Positions 1 through 7,383 of a stretch of DNA of 64,000 nt are shown one piece after another (the first letter of the stretch is position 1; each line of letters starts with the position of its first letter). The DNA comes from a virus (lineage: Duplodnaviria; Caudoviricetes). A program made the translations under genes and the position numbers. Location of the stretch: the IMG/VR virus record IMGVR_UViG_3300025030_000095, positions 1,111-65,110 of that record. One strand, written 5' to 3'. The notes beneath the pieces are model-generated. The model was not told the DNA's origin and searched no databases. It saw only the letters and a list, made by a program, of their open reading frames with translations.

Positions 1-62
1 CCCTGTCCAACCATGTGGGCATTCTCGGAGTTCGTTTGGGAATTTCATAAACAGCACACCTC

Positions 63-248
63 CTATGCTCTCGTATAGCATCCTGCCATTTTTTGATACT
101 CTTCAATTTCCTGTGCTTCTAGTTTTCTAACCGTTACGTAGTGATTATTACTCCTGAATATCAATAACCAATTTTCTCCGTTACCCATTCTCTTCCCGGC
201 CCACTTAACTCCATTGGCATCTGTTAATTCAAATAGCATTCCATTCAT
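63..248 (-). CDS. hypothetical phage protein
   Basis: ORF in co-directional phage operon with RBS-like GGGG. Confidence 0.55.
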   Translation of the reverse strand: MNGMLFELTDANGVKWAGKRMGNGENWLLIFRSNNHYVTVRKLEAQEIEEYQKMAGCYTRA

Positions 249-260
249 GACCCCACACCC

Positions 261-491
261 CTACTTAATATATTTTTCCCAAGGCGAACTAATCGTTATG
301 AAGAAGTGGATAAAGCATATTGCAACTGCAGATATAACTAATTCATAGACATAGAATATACCAATTGTTCCCCATGCCTTGAGATCAGAGAAGAATAACC
401 AAAGGATATGTTTTTGCGCCATTATCAAGAGGCAGAACAGGAACATGAAGCAACTTACCTTGCTTATCGTATCTAATATTCTGTAGATCAT
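261..491 (-). CDS. small membrane protein
   Basis: Two hydrophobic segments; overlaps the upstream stop. Confidence 0.55.
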   Translation of the reverse strand: MIYRILDTISKVSCFMFLFCLLIMAQKHILWLFFSDLKAWGTIGIFYVYELVISAVAICFIHFFITISSPWEKYIK

Positions 492-670
492 GAGTGAACA
501 CCCCTATTTTCATCAAGGAGCCCTTCCTCTTGCATATCCAGCCAAGTCCTCGCAACAGTAGCAATACATCTTTCTCCACATTTCACATCGTCAGGACATA
601 CCTTGCATTCCGATTCGCTAATGCACGCTCTGATGTAATCAATTAGTTTTTCCTTGGATAAGTTACTCAT
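488..670 (-). CDS. hypothetical protein (Cys-rich)
   Basis: GAGGAGG RBS, coupled to neighbours. Confidence 0.6.
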   Translation of the reverse strand: MSNLSKEKLIDYIRACISESECKVCPDDVKCGERCIATVARTWLDMQEEGLLDENRGVHS

Positions 671-1037
671 CGCTTAATTCCTCCTCATCCCTGGGCTCAA
701 CCTTCAACAACGAGACACTTCCTCGACTCTGCCTGTCCCTTCGCTTCACGACTCGTCTCAGAGTAATACTGTGCATCTTGCGATAGTGGTGGCGGTCGAT
801 TGTGTTGTACCATTTGGTGGGAGCAGGATATCCAACTCGTAACACATCTGCGAAAAAAGAGTTAAACACGTCAGCTGTCTTCAGGAATTCATCGTACATC
901 TCCTTGAATATTGATTGATCAAGGAGGCTAGCAATGGCAGCCGTCACTTCTTCGCTTTGTACGCCATACAGACTTCTCAGTACATCCTGTAATGATGATC
1001 CCGAGCCGACTATGGTAATTTGTTCAGTTGTATCCAA
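663..1037 (-). CDS. hypothetical protein
   Basis: AGGAG RBS before TTG; operon context. Confidence 0.6.
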   Translation of the reverse strand: MDTTEQITIVGSGSSLQDVLRSLYGVQSEEVTAAIASLLDQSIFKEMYDEFLKTADVFNSFFADVLRVGYPAPTKWYNTIDRHHYRKMHSITLRRVVKRRDRQSRGSVSLLKVEPRDEEELSDE

Positions 1038-1053
1038 TATCTATCTCCTCTCT

Positions 1054-1149
1054 CTACCTACACGGCGAATACCCACACGCCGGGCACCACTCGCATCCGC
1101 CCTCGTGTCGGAGTTGATTTCCGCATTCCGGACAACTATCGCTTAATAT
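1054..1149 (-). CDS. 31-aa zinc-ribbon micro-protein resembling the class II RNR C-terminal ribbon; ATA start
   Basis: Translates ILSDSCPECGNQLRHEGGCEWCPACGYSPCR*; fills the gap between two genes; no ATG/GTG/TTG in frame. Confidence 0.5.
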   Translation of the reverse strand: MLSDSCPECGNQLRHEGGCEWCPACGYSPCR

Positions 1150-1321
1150 ACTTCCACTTCCTCTTCACGTTACTCGGAAGGTCATTTCTGACCCTCCACT
1201 TCTGGACGTCCTGCCAGCGACACTTTAACTCTGTGGCTATCTGGGTATCGTTTTTTCCTAATGCGTAAAGAGTTGATGCCATGGATTCGTCAAATGCTTT
1301 CCGTGGTGCCCTAGTGTTCAT
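1136..1321 (-). CDS. small HTH-like DNA-binding protein
   Basis: GKNDTQIATELKCRWQDVQKWRVRNDLPSN is an HTH pattern. Confidence 0.6.
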   Translation of the reverse strand: MNTRAPRKAFDESMASTLYALGKNDTQIATELKCRWQDVQKWRVRNDLPSNVKRKWKYIKR

Positions 1322-1977
1322 TCGACTATTGCTTCTGCGTAATTCATCACAGGGAAATCCGTATCATACCCCATACTCCCGAATATCGGCGGCAACAACT
1401 CCTGCACCTTAAGCAGTAATGGTATGGCAACCTGTCTCATTTGTGGATGCGCTGCCTTTTGAGCGCGAACGCTGAAGAAGTGAAGCCACTCACGGATATT
1501 GGCGGTCATCCAGAGTTCGGATTTAAGTGAGTTCGGGAGAACGCTGCGAGCTTCTTGGGGTGTTGCATCACTGGACCTAGTCATCCTTAAGTATGATCTT
1601 TCGGCATAGTTACAAGCATCTTCCCATAATCCGTAGTCAACACTACCCTCTTCCCAAAAGAACGGCTCAATCACAGTAATCTCGTTCTCGTGACCATAAT
1701 TGCAATACCTCGTGCTCTCCTGAGAATAACTAGCCAACCTATGCCGGACAATCTCGTGCGATACGCCGCGGTCAACGATAAACTTAACGGATATCGAGGA
1801 GTGTTCTAGGACTGACATGTGCCCCCTGCGTGCTAAGGACGCGACGAAATCAACAGCCGACTCATCAGTGATTCTATCCTCTGATTTGTAGCAAACACGG
1901 CCTTTAGTTTCGATTCTCCGGAGTAGTTCTGACCAGTCTTGGTTTTCGATAATTACGGATGGTTGAATGATTTTCAT
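1318..1977 (-). CDS. thyX: FAD-dependent thymidylate synthase
   Basis: GHMSVLEH, RHRLASYSQESTRY (RHRX7S), EARSVLPNS and AHPQMR motifs. Confidence 0.97.
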   Translation of the reverse strand: MKIIQPSVIIENQDWSELLRRIETKGRVCYKSEDRITDESAVDFVASLARRGHMSVLEHSSISVKFIVDRGVSHEIVRHRLASYSQESTRYCNYGHENEITVIEPFFWEEGSVDYGLWEDACNYAERSYLRMTRSSDATPQEARSVLPNSLKSELWMTANIREWLHFFSVRAQKAAHPQMRQVAIPLLLKVQELLPPIFGSMGYDTDFPVMNYAEAIVE

Positions 1978-2210
1978 GCGGTTGCCTCCTTCGCTTTGAT
2001 AACCTCGATCCGCTTCAGTACGATACTCCCCCTCATAACCGAGCTAAGCACAGCCCCTAGAATGGTGTGGAGCGCATCTTGACTCCTGATGATTACCGCG
2101 TCGGCTCGGTCGTGAGATAGGTCCTTGCTCATCCCTGCATAGTACAGTCCGTTGATTAGCAGGAGTTTATTGACGAACTCGGTTTGGTTTTCTTGCCCGA
2201 CATCACTCAT
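1974..2210 (-). CDS. hypothetical protein
   Basis: Overlapping start/stop coupling on both sides. Confidence 0.6.
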   Translation of the reverse strand: MSDVGQENQTEFVNKLLLINGLYYAGMSKDLSHDRADAVIIRSQDALHTILGAVLSSVMRGSIVLKRIEVIKAKEATA

Positions 2211-2791
2211 TTATTCACCTTCTTCCGCACGAAATTACTTGGCCTACCCCATTCGCTATCCTCACATGTTTCGCATTTCGGATGTATATCATTACCGGTT
2301 TTCTGATTATCACAATTTTCGCAAACCATCCAAGATGGATCTATCCCGACGGTTTTCGGGATTAGCAGCTCAGCCTCCACGAGATAGCCCTTCGAAATGA
2401 GCTTGGATTCGTGTAACTCCCTCTGCTCATCAACCGCAATACCCCATTTATCCGCAATAGTATAAATCATTGTTACCGCACTTTGCGCAACGTCAAACGC
2501 TTCCTCGATTAACCTGAGAGGGTTGTTATCTCCAGTCTTTAATCTTGGCGTTTCTCCGCTTAACTTATTTCCCTTGCCGATGATTTGGAGTAGCTCGCCC
2601 AGCTCTTCGATGACCTTGAATGTGCAGGATTCGATTGTTGGCATTAACCCGTTACAGCGGTGGAACAGAATAACGTCCTGTTGTTCCTCGACTATCATTT
2701 TACGTATGGCGATCATCCCCATCGCCATGATTGGATTAAGTTCTTTGGCGATTTCAAGCTCCGCGTCGACGCGGTTTAATAGATTACTCAT
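2207..2791 (-). CDS. MazG-like nucleotide pyrophosphohydrolase domain protein
   Basis: EELGELLQ...EEAFDVAQS acidic ExxE/ExxD motifs; start reset to MSNLL after GGAGG. Confidence 0.75.
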   Translation of the reverse strand: MSNLLNRVDAELEIAKELNPIMAMGMIAIRKMIVEEQQDVILFHRCNGLMPTIESCTFKVIEELGELLQIIGKGNKLSGETPRLKTGDNNPLRLIEEAFDVAQSAVTMIYTIADKWGIAVDEQRELHESKLISKGYLVEAELLIPKTVGIDPSWMVCENCDNQKTGNDIHPKCETCEDSEWGRPSNFVRKKVNK

Positions 2792-2804
2792 ACCAAATCC
2801 TCCC

Positions 2805-3308
2805 CTATTCTTCATCCTCATCAACGTACTCATTCCACTTAGCTATTTTCCTGCCGCACTTCGGGTAGTAATGCACGTTATTCTCCTTCGGCCCTCCGTT
2901 GATAAAAGTCCATACAGAGTCACATTTCGAGCAACTCCAGATGCCATCTTCATCCTCGCTGTACTCGCAAGTCGCTTCCTTGATCCCGTCAGGATCCAAC
3001 CCTGTATCTTCATACCTACCGAGTTTACTTCTGAGTTCAGCATGACCTACCGCCATATGGTAAAAATAAGAAATTATGCAATCGCAATCCATGTATTCTC
3101 CGAACTCTTCTGCTGGAGGATTGTTCTCTAACTTAAATTCGCATTTTTCCTCACATTTCTTTCTGCAGAAATCTACAAGGCTTAAGTCTCGACCGTTATC
3201 GATGCCCCTTAGGTACACTTCTTTATCTGCGTTAATACCAGTCATATTGTGTAATTGTTGATAGTTTCCTTCTGGAGTTTCTGTTACTAATTTCATCTGC
3301 TTACTCAA
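2805..3308 (-). CDS. hypothetical Cys-rich phage protein
   Basis: LGRYEDTGLDP motif and C-terminal CxxC ribbon typical of Firmicute phage ORFs. Confidence 0.7.
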   Translation of the reverse strand: MSKQMKLVTETPEGNYQQLHNMTGINADKEVYLRGIDNGRDLSLVDFCRKKCEEKCEFKLENNPPAEEFGEYMDCDCIISYFYHMAVGHAELRSKLGRYEDTGLDPDGIKEATCEYSEDEDGIWSCSKCDSVWTFINGGPKENNVHYYPKCGRKIAKWNEYVDEDEE

Positions 3309-3446
3309 TTAACGCACACTCTCTTTCCTAACGGTTTACACTTCGCACAAGGCGGCTCCGACACGTGGTTGTAACGGTGTGGACATAATTTGCAGTTATT
3401 TTTTGTTAACTGCTTGTTTTTAAGGATTATTATCCACCAAGCGGTA

Positions 3447-3812
3447 TTACTCAACTTCCTTCCTCCTCTCAGTACAATCCTGACAGATACACCCAATGTT
3501 CATCCTCGTGCTGAACTCTCCACATTGAGCGCAGATCACCGAGATGTAATAAGGAACAACCATGGTATTACGCATTTCTCCATCACTAAGTTGCTCGACT
3601 TTGCATTTAAGCTCAAACACGCCTTCCATCTTGTGCTTAACAACTGTTACCTTGTCCCCATTCTTCCTCCTCGAAACACCGACATAAATATGATCTTTCG
3701 GACAATCCTCCCACCTTGGTAACTCGGTCCTGCGCTTGATCTCCTTGACGATCACAACCGCCGGAGTGTGTGCCCAGTAGGATTTAATTTTTTCCTCGAA
3801 ATCGTTAATCAT
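3447..3812 (-). CDS. hypothetical protein with C-terminal Cys cluster
   Basis: AGGAGG RBS, operon context. Confidence 0.6.
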   Translation of the reverse strand: MINDFEEKIKSYWAHTPAVVIVKEIKRRTELPRWEDCPKDHIYVGVSRRKNGDKVTVVKHKMEGVFELKCKVEQLSDGEMRNTMVVPYYISVICAQCGEFSTRMNIGCICQDCTERRKEVE

Positions 3813-3968
3813 TGGTTGCGCTCATCCTCCTTATATTTACACCAATCAAGCTTTCGACCATGGCATCTACTACATGGCCTCTCCTTGATTCTCGTCGTAT
3901 TCAGCGGGCAAGTTATTTAGTTGTTACACTTCCTGCATACGCAAGTTGCGCAGTCTGGGAATTTCAAC
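3809..3968 (-). pseudogene. probable degraded Cys-rich small gene
   Basis: LKFPDCATCVCRKCNN* then, in another frame, RPCSRCHGRKLDWCKYKEDERNQ*; RBS AAGGTG upstream. Confidence 0.3.
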
Positions 3969-3979
3969 CCTTGATCACC

Positions 3980-4900
3980 TTATTTTTCCTCCCTCCCCAC
4001 CCAATCATCATGACAAACATTTTCATCACCTAAAACTAGAGCCCTGTGACAATTGGCGCAAAACTCTGCCACTCTCGACCATGGCTTACCTGACAGACCA
4101 GAGAACTCCGGCAGACTCACGCTGTGTCTGAGTTGATACGACCCGACGAATAACTTTATCTGCTCATCGCTTGGATTATCTAACCATAGCTTAAGGTTAA
4201 ACCTACGCTCTAACGCGCTGTCGATCGATTCTGGTAAGTTAGTGGCTCCGATGATTATAGTTCCATCGGGAATACGGTCTAAGTTGGTTAACAGGCTATT
4301 GACGATGGAGTTACGCTCCTTATCTGCCGCCTCCGTACCTATGATTCTCTGTCCACCAAGACAATCCAACTCATCTAGAAAAACCAAGCAATTATTAAAC
4401 TGAGCATATTCGAAGATCCTACCCAATCTAGATGCGGTTTCTCCTAAATGCCCCTCAATCGTTTTGTGAAGCTTAATTGAGAGAAAAGGTAGTCCGAGTT
4501 CCTTGACCAACGCCTCGGCCAGTGATGTTTTTCCATTCCCCGGCGGCCCGGCGAGTAGGATTCTATTTCGTGGTGATAATCCTGCGTCCTTAAGTGCTTC
4601 CGTATTCACCCTCTCAAGGATGAATGACTGGACGGCACCGGATACTGACGGTTCGAGATATAACTCATCGAGGGAAAACTTAGGCTCCTCTGCCCATACA
4701 AGGTTCTGGACATTACTTGGTAATTCAACTGGCTTAGTATCTGTCCAGTTACGCAGGGAGTATTCGAGCTGTTTTGCCCCTCGCTCTCTCCCTGCTTGGC
4801 GCTCCTGTTCGACCATTTTTTCGACTGATGCTCTTGCGCGGATATACTCTTTAGCGCCAATCATTTGAACTAAGTAGGCGATGTCGTCTATTTTTGACAC
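3980..4900 (-). CDS. classical AAA+ ATPase (IetA-like)
   Basis: Walker A GPPGNGKTS, Walker B VFLDELD, GATN sensor and SALERRF Arg finger. Confidence 0.9.
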   Translation of the reverse strand: MSKIDDIAYLVQMIGAKEYIRARASVEKMVEQERQAGRERGAKQLEYSLRNWTDTKPVELPSNVQNLVWAEEPKFSLDELYLEPSVSGAVQSFILERVNTEALKDAGLSPRNRILLAGPPGNGKTSLAEALVKELGLPFLSIKLHKTIEGHLGETASRLGRIFEYAQFNNCLVFLDELDCLGGQRIIGTEAADKERNSIVNSLLTNLDRIPDGTIIIGATNLPESIDSALERRFNLKLWLDNPSDEQIKLFVGSYQLRHSVSLPEFSGLSGKPWSRVAEFCANCHRALVLGDENVCHDDWVGREEK

Positions 4901-4912
4901 GGTATCAACTCC

Positions 4913-5737
4913 TTAACTCCCCATCCTTACAAACACAGCCCTAGTCACGTTATTTTTACCAATCCTAAAGTGCTTTGTGTAATGCCTATTTCCCTTCTCT
5001 AAGATTCCGGCTCTACATAACGATGCCAACGACCTTATGCGATGTAATCCCCTTGCGTCTAACTCGCGATAAACTTGGTCCCTGTTCAACGCATACGATC
5101 CTCCTCCGAAATCTCGATGCACCCAACCGTTGGTGATTACAGCGTGGATGGCTTCGAGGATTAAGGTTAGGTCGATATTGTATTTACCTGTCGAGATCAT
5201 GACTGATGGAGCGGGTTGGAATTCGCTGAGATCGACGTTGTATTCGAGTTCTGTGATTTCGATGGCCTTTAATCTAGCTTGGTGCAACGGCATTCCCAGT
5301 GCGACGGCTATGTCGATACTGGCCTTGAGGGATTTGGCAATTTTAGAGAGATTGGGTTGCGATAGTGATTTGCGACTTGATTCAGACTCGACCGAATAAG
5401 ATCCTGTTTTACGGATGGAGGGAATAACATCATTGAAAACCCATTTTTCAAATACTTCAGCATTAGCCTTGATCTCTTCATTTTTACTTTGATCCGCCGC
5501 TTTAATAATCAGACGATAGATGTCTCCCTCGAAAATAATGTTAGTTTCTTGAATTCCGCCTTCTGAAGGTATCCCTAACTTACGGATACCTTTGCAATGA
5601 TCTATTACCGCTTGACTTGGTTTTGCATAACCAAGTGCTTTGGTAATATCTAAGCCGACCGCACCTGGTTTCCCATCAACTTCTACCCAGCGAACTTCAC
5701 CAAATAGTGGATGATTAAAAATCTGTAGGTCATTCAT
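4913..5737 (-). CDS. BRO-N domain antirepressor-like protein
   Basis: MNDLQIFNHPLFGEVR...ALGYAKPSQAVIDHCK...FEKWVFNDVIPSIRKTGSY; start reset after GAGGTGG. Confidence 0.9.
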   Translation of the reverse strand: MNDLQIFNHPLFGEVRWVEVDGKPGAVGLDITKALGYAKPSQAVIDHCKGIRKLGIPSEGGIQETNIIFEGDIYRLIIKAADQSKNEEIKANAEVFEKWVFNDVIPSIRKTGSYSVESESSRKSLSQPNLSKIAKSLKASIDIAVALGMPLHQARLKAIEITELEYNVDLSEFQPAPSVMISTGKYNIDLTLILEAIHAVITNGWVHRDFGGGSYALNRDQVYRELDARGLHRIRSLASLCRAGILEKGNRHYTKHFRIGKNNVTRAVFVRMGS

Positions 5738-5739
5738 GG

Positions 5740-6192
5740 TTATCCCACCTCTTCCAAGTTGTCGAATTGCTCCCACGCTTTGTCAGTATCTAGGATTTTA
5801 CAATGGCGGCTTGCTCCGCGTTGGGTCCAGAGCATTAACTCACTGGCGAACTTGAGGTTAGTATCTTCTAGATACTTGGCTTTGAATTCTTCGAGAGCTT
5901 CACCCTTAAGTAAAAAGTAATGTTTTCCCTCGATAAGAAAATTAAGTTCCAAGCATAAGACTTCCTGGGTTCCTCCGGCTGTAGGGAGTTGCATTTTTAC
6001 AATACCTTTTGAAAGCACAATGTCATCATTAATTTTCCGAGTTTGGTTTTGATACTGCCCATCGCTTAAACCAATGCCGGTGCAAACCCATTTGACCCCT
6101 ACGCGAATCTTTCTGTCATTACACTTGATAGTCATGATCTCTGCGCCATTAAAATTGACTAACTTTTGTTCAACCGGAATCAAATCATTCAT
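5740..6192 (-). CDS. chimeric antirepressor (P22 Ant N-terminal half fused to ORF6N C-terminal half)
   Basis: VNFNGAEI...LPTAGGTQEVLCL followed by IEGKHYFLLKG...LWTQRGASRHCKILDTDKAWEQFDNLEE. Confidence 0.75.
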   Translation of the reverse strand: MNDLIPVEQKLVNFNGAEIMTIKCNDRKIRVGVKWVCTGIGLSDGQYQNQTRKINDDIVLSKGIVKMQLPTAGGTQEVLCLELNFLIEGKHYFLLKGEALEEFKAKYLEDTNLKFASELMLWTQRGASRHCKILDTDKAWEQFDNLEEVG

Positions 6193-6380
6193 ACCGATAA
6201 ATCCTCCTTACGATCCTTGCTTATCTGACCAGAGTATTGAATATCGGCTAATTCCTTTCCCTTCCTGATAAGATAAACAATTTGATTTGATAACGAGCGC
6301 TCACAGTCTTTAGACATTTTCAAAACAGACTCAAGCAGTTCGTCGTCAATCGTGATCGTCATCCTTGATTTTTTAGACAT
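6189..6380 (-). CDS. Arc-like ribbon-helix-helix repressor
   Basis: RMTITIDDELL...ERSLSNQIVYLI. Confidence 0.85.
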   Translation of the reverse strand: MSKKSRMTITIDDELLESVLKMSKDCERSLSNQIVYLIRKGKELADIQYSGQISKDRKEDLSV

Positions 6381-6431
6381 CTTAAGTATCTCCTTTCTGA
6401 AATAAACCCTTATATTGTGCTAATTATATCA

Positions 6432-6484
6432 TCGTTACGCATACTATGCAATCGTAACGGTATACTATAGCTTCGTTACGCATA
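6432..6484. promoter_or_regulatory. operator repeats between divergent RHH genes
   Basis: TCGTTACGCATA at 6432 and 6473; inverted core CGTAACG at 6453. Confidence 0.65.
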
Positions 6485-6540
6485 TGTTTAATATGTTTTG
6501 AGCATATTATGTTATAATCAACACAATGGAGGTGGAAAAC

Positions 6541-6684
6541 GTGGCTAAGGTGAGAACAACTGTCACAATTGACGAAGAATTACTAAGAGAAGTTACCGAG
6601 TTAGCGGAAATAGAGGAACGTTCAATTAGCCAACAGATTGTATATTTCATAAAGTTGGGGTTAAAAACCCGAGAAGAAAAATAA
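6541..6684 (+). CDS. Arc/Mnt-like RHH repressor, 47 aa (not in ORF track)
   Basis: GGAGGTGG RBS, GTG start; MAKVRTTVTIDEELLREVTELAEIEERSISQQIVYFIKLGLKTREEK. Confidence 0.85.
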   Translation: MAKVRTTVTIDEELLREVTELAEIEERSISQQIVYFIKLGLKTREEK

Positions 6685-6700
6685 TCTTCTCGGGTTTTTT
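6663..6700. terminator. bidirectional intrinsic terminator
   Basis: AAAAACCCGAGAAGA-N7-TCTTCTCGGGTTTTT between convergent genes. Confidence 0.85.
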
Positions 6701-6704
6701 CGTC

Positions 6705-7049
6705 CTACACAATATCCACCCTCTCCCCTATCGACCTAACCCACCTCTCAAACCGTCCCTGATCCCTCTCTCGAAAGCTTAAATCAATCTCTGGCACCAT
6801 CGCTAGGCAAATCCTCTCTACGCCGTCCTGACCGTGCTTTCTGTCGATCTCCTGCAATATCTTGGTCAGTATCTCCATGTTAACTTCCGTGTCCCATGCC
6901 GGTAGAGGGTTGCTTATGCCATACTGAGCGATCTGGGAGATGAGTAGTTGGTATTCTTTGGCGTATTTTTGCCGGATCTCTGGTGGGAGAGCGTCGGCGG
7001 TTTGTTTGCGAGTTAATAGGGTTTGAATTTCCTGATTCGTAATAATCAC
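6705..7049 (-). CDS. hypothetical protein downstream of primase/ori
   Basis: 114-aa ORF in replication operon. Confidence 0.6.
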   Translation of the reverse strand: MIITNQEIQTLLTRKQTADALPPEIRQKYAKEYQLLISQIAQYGISNPLPAWDTEVNMEILTKILQEIDRKHGQDGVERICLAMVPEIDLSFRERDQGRFERWVRSIGERVDIV

Positions 7050-7055
7050 CCCTTA

Positions 7056-7383
7056 CCTAGACCACACTAGCTCACTGATTCTAGTGGTGGGCCAGTAGTG
7101 GTCTAAGCTACACTCCTACTCCCCCAAGGGTTTCATGGTAATTTAGACCACTAGACCACCAATTTAGAAATATAGTGCGTATAGAGATAAGTTAAATAAG
7201 AGATTTAAGAAATTATTAAATTTAGCTTCTATAAGGGAAATATGGTGGTCTAAGTGGTCTAAGTGGTCTAAGTATATGAAAAACATAGATAATAAGAGAT
7301 AATAAGAGATAATCAAATATTTACCTAGACCACTACCTAGACCACTACCTAGACCACTATCTAGACCACTACTAGACCACTAG
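7056..7383. repeat. iteron array with AT-rich core: putative replication origin
   Basis: More than 10 copies of TAGACCAC(T) in both orientations around AT-rich 7165-7240 and 7270-7320; adjoins primase-helicase 3' end. Confidence 0.8.

Noticed and set aside
2523-3131. Long plus-strand ORFs (also 15958-16545, 47156-47620, 58530-59021 and similar)
   Set aside because: Antisense shadows of well-supported minus-strand genes; no RBS or motifs
7056-7383. CRISPR or mobile-element ends
   Set aside because: Units are 9-12 bp, in both orientations, without unique spacers; better explained as iterons
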